A DNA stretch of 12,437 nucleotides from Paraspadella gotoi. Taxonomy: Eukaryota > Animalia > Chaetognatha. Below, piece after piece: positions 9,089 to 12,437 of this stretch. The stretch's first letter is position 1. Each line of letters starts with the position of its first letter. Position numbers and translations under genes: made by a program. The notes below the pieces were generated by a model. The model was not told where the DNA came from, made no database searches, and saw nothing but the letters and a program-made list of their open reading frames with translations. The DNA is taken from NCBI GenBank assembly GCA_051294375.1, contig JBJCIZ010000018.1:1-12437 (forward strand), read 5' to 3'.

Positions 9089-9214
9089 TCCAACCGTCCG
9101 TCTCAACTCACTCCTACCGACGTCGCCATCGTGGCATCGAGTTTTTCGCCGCACAGCAGACGAAAATACGTCGACGGACCTGGAGTACAAGCGAATTCGC
9201 CAAAATGGCGTCTA
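9083..9214 (+). CDS. GC-rich exon-like block directly after the array; possible JmjC-like terminal exon
   Basis: Follows TTTCAG (ends 9082). Across indels it reads HI...LTPTDVAIVGIEFF...DLEYKRIRQNGV* (cf. WIHAV.TP.D....G.NF of KDM2/KDM7-type JmjC). Competing - strand reading AILANSLVL with AG/GTGAGT ends (9211-9112). Confidence 0.33.
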
Positions 9215-9680
9215 GAATAATAATTGCAGTAAAAATATGAATTTCATGACAAAATTACTATAAACCAATTAGAAACGAAGGAAAATTTTTTTTTATTAAT
9301 TTTAAAACAAAGCAGAAAGCATCGTGTGATCTGTAGTCTGCATATTAAAAATATTTAATAACAATATTTATGGACCATCTAATATTAAACAAAATTTTCA
9401 TAAATTTTGACACTCAAAGTTTGTGTTTAACATAATGCTCGGGGCAGAAATAAGAGTAGAAACCGAGAGCTTGACCACGAATGTTTTGCAGTCGCTTACA
9501 TAAGTTGATCGTCAGTAATATCGTTCTGCTCCGTTATCTTGGAGATGGAAACGAGGGCTCGTATTTTTTAATATCATTTCCCTCTTCGTTTTCAGGTGGT
9601 TGCTCTCGACGAACGAATAAGGCGTGGACCGAATCGCCGCATCAACCGGAAGCGCACGCTGGACGCCATAGTCGGAGTCT

Positions 9681-9865
9681 TCAAAGACTATCATGGACGA
9701 CAGCCGGTGAACGACGCCGTCGGAAAGAGGGCGCCGGGGCAAAACGAGGATTGATGAGAGCGCCGCATACGAGGACGAAACGAGACGGCCCGCTAGAGAT
9801 CGCGCGCCGTAGAGAAAAACACGCGCCCATGAGAAGACGAAAGAGAAGCAAGGAAACTCGTAACA
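9681..9865 (-). CDS. Possible class A GPCR exon, TM6-TM7-helix 8, frameshifted
   Basis: Strong acceptor ttttccttcgttgcag before 9865; FVFSWARVFLYG (cf. F..SWxP), FVLVCGALINP (INP 9755-9747), SFRR (helix 8 FR). The TM6 Pro and NPxxY Tyr are not cleanly seen. Confidence 0.4.
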
Positions 9866-10636
9866 CTGCAACGAAGGAAAAGCCAGAGAATTTGAAAGAA
9901 GCAACACCGAGAGAGAGTCGATCCCCAAGAAGTCACCATTCGTACTAAATGCCAAATATCCATTCGATTTAATAAACAAGTTATTTGCCAACTGCACTTT
10001 GGACAGGCTTGGTGGTTTAAGGCCTCCCATCACTCTTACAAGATAATTGACATAGCCGTTTCCCTGCCAAGCTTCAATCAAGACTCTTCGTCACGAGTCG
10101 AAAGTTTTATTCACTCCCAAGCTGAACCCTGGCTTTCCTAACAATAAAGTGCGTATAATGTTTCAAAAGAATGTTCAATTGTAAAAGACCACTCCCTTGA
10201 GCTATTAGATCGGGGAATTAAATCATTGCTACTTCGCACTTGTATCAAAGCAATCAGAGATGTGGAAGCGATCGATTTTTCCGCCGCTGCCAATCCGGCG
10301 CTTCCAAGACCCTCCCGCTCCCGTTTTCGGGTGCAATCCTTACTTTTTAGCCCGGGATCGCTTTCGGTTTCGAGTGCACATCGCTTCCTTCTTTTAGAAA
10401 TTTTACATTTGTTATTATTTATAAAAATACTCTTTAGACATGTAATTCATTCGTAGAATAATTTTAAACAGTCTTTTTTGTTAACAAATAACAAGTAAAA
10501 TTTTTATTATGAAAAATTGTAAGATTTGTAAGATTGTAAGAATCGTTCGAGTGGAAATGAGTTTAAATGAAAAAAAACAAAAAAACCTTTTTCCCTATTT
10601 GCTTTTTTCTTTTTTATTAAATATAAATACAAGCTG

Positions 10637-11108
10637 CATTAATTATTCAATTAATCAATTAATTAATCAATCAATCAATTAACTAAACAACTAATCAATC
10701 AAAATCACTTAAAAAATTAATGAATCAATTTTTTTATCAATCAATAAATTAAATAATCAATTAATTTATCAATCAACTAATTAATAAAATCAACAAAAGG
10801 ACCTAAAAATTAACAGGCCTGATATGAATTTCTTTTATTTGATCAATCAATCATTCAATTAATTATGATGGTGCTATCCTCGTTGTCATCATAATCATCA
10901 TCAGGGTCATCATTTCTTTTGTCATAATGAAAAGACAAAAAAACAAACAAGTTTGAGCTAACAATGCCAGAACTGATCAGTTAATTAATTATTCAATCAA
11001 TTAATCAAATATTCAATCAATCAATCAAAAAATTAAGCAATCAATCAATTTGTCATTGTCGGTATTATCAATGTCTAGGTTGCCATCATTAATTATTTAA
11101 TTAATTAA
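10637..11108. repeat. Degenerate (AATC/AATT)n low-complexity tracts
   Basis: Clusters of aattaatcaatcaatc at about 10637-10790, 10840-10866 and 10980-11050; a similar tract lies at 11812-11870. Confidence 0.85.
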
Positions 11109-11122
11109 ACTCCTTTATCTTT

Positions 11123-11440
11123 GTTGTACATTGCAAAAATGTATCTTTATTATTTTTTATCCCTTTTGTTTTGTTTCTCTCTCTCACTCTCTCTTTAACA
11201 AGTTTCACTTCTTTTCATAACTCACTCAATCTGCCCTTACCTTCAACCTGTCCTCACATCTGACCACTATTCTGTCTCACCACTTTGTTGGAAAAACTTT
11301 TACCCTCTCTCTCTCTTTCTTTCTCTCTCTCTCTCTCTCACTCTTTTTTTACACAAATTTATTATTGAATGTCATATGCTGATGAAGGTTTGAGGTAAAC
11401 AAGCCGAAACATGTCCAACTATTAATTAAATATCGTTGTT
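11123..11440 (+). repeat. Hammerhead-bearing ~320 bp dispersed repeat, copy 2
   Basis: (CT)n - cctgtcctcacatctgaccactattct core - (CT)n - hammerhead; reverse complement of 2091-2425. Confidence 0.9.
11377..11417 (+). ncRNA. Minimal type I hammerhead ribozyme motif
   Basis: CTGATGA (11379-11385), extra A, stem II GGTTTG/CAAGCC (11387-11392/11400-11405), GAAA (11406-11409), ACATGT stem III, GUC triplet (11413-11415). Stem I only about 2 bp. Confidence 0.7.
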
Positions 11441-12119
11441 ACAAATTCAAAATTCTTTGCTTTCTCTAAATTAATTAATTGAAATATTTTTATAATGTTT
11501 GCGGTTACTCAAAACTAAAAATTATAAAAAATTTGAGGCGTGTTTTTTGTGATAAACAAAACCTGGTATTATCAAAAACAGTAAAAAAGTAAAAATGATA
11601 AAAATAATAACAACAACAACTAGTATTTACATTGGCTGAGAAAAAGGTCAGCCATAACAAGATTGGGTAAAAACAGGTCATTCTTATTGACCACTACTGT
11701 ACTACGGCTCACAAAGTACAAAGACTTCGTCGTCGTTTTCGTCATTGTATTCATCGTCGTTGTCGTCTTTGTTCAAATCATTTGAGCTCCCAAATGTTCG
11801 ATGTTATTATTTTAATTAATTAATATGTAATTAATTAAATTTTTTTTCTTAATTAATTAATCAATTAATTACCGCTAATGATCGTGGGCAGATCCGGCAT
11901 TGTTTGCTCAAACTTGTTTATTAATAATTTTGATTTATTTATTTTATATATTTTTTTTATTTGCTTTTTTGTGAACAAGAGGGGAAAAAAGAAAGAAGAT
12001 AGAGAGTGAGTGTGTTAGAGATTTAAGTATGTATAAGCATAATACTATGCAATATTGCCAATAAAACAGATCAATCCTTTTGGTTTAAACTTGTTTGTAA
12101 CATGAATAAACGTTATGGA

Positions 12120-12437
12120 TTTAAAAAAAGAGACTTAAATTTAAAGAAAAATAATAAAAATATAAGAAATAAAATTTTAGTTTTATAGAATTAAAAAAGT
12201 TTAATTTAAATTTTAATTTAATTAATTACAGTTTTTTTCAGATAGAAAAAAATCTTTTTTTAGCTCAAATAATAGGTAATTTTTTTCATAGATTCTCGAC
12301 CAAAGAGGAAAAGAGAATAAAAGAAAACAAAAATAAAAAAGAGAATAAAAAAAAAAGTGAATAAAAATAGGAGCAAACAATTTTAATGTGAAAATAAATA
12401 TTGAAAACAATTTTAAAAGAAAAATCAAGAAAGAGCC
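12120..12437. repeat. A-rich low-complexity tract
   Basis: Very A/T rich with long A runs; ORF 12222..12428 is a compositional artefact. Confidence 0.8.

Noticed and set aside
1691-10903. Other CTGANGA matches (about 1691, 2735, 3026, 4036 on +; about 4579, 7798, 10897 on -)
   Set aside because: No stem II followed by GAAA and a cleavage triplet.

Overview
AT-rich, microsatellite-rich DNA of eukaryotic (metazoan-like) character, with short CpG-rich exon-like islands. There is no prokaryotic operon, rRNA, tRNA or CRISPR array. Recognisable coding motifs and repeat units are full of 1-nt indels, as in an uncorrected long read or a decayed locus, so the ORF track is mostly uninformative. Best supported: (1) three spliced + strand exons (3939-~5460) for the C-lobe and AGC tail of a PKN-like Ser/Thr kinase; (2) a ~1.65 kb tandem array of a 40-41 bp unit (7435-9088) in which each unit looks like a complete 3' splice site and the last unit runs into a GC-rich exon-like block; (3) three minimal type I hammerhead ribozyme motifs (764-797 +, 2119-2153 -, 11379-11415 +), two inside a ~330 bp repeat present as inverted copies ~8.7 kb apart; (4) a ~280 bp diverged direct repeat. 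More tentative: class A GPCR-like fragments on the - strand, JmjC-like exons flanking the array, and Penelope-like retroelement remnants. All protein assignments are by eye from remembered family motifs; no search was run.
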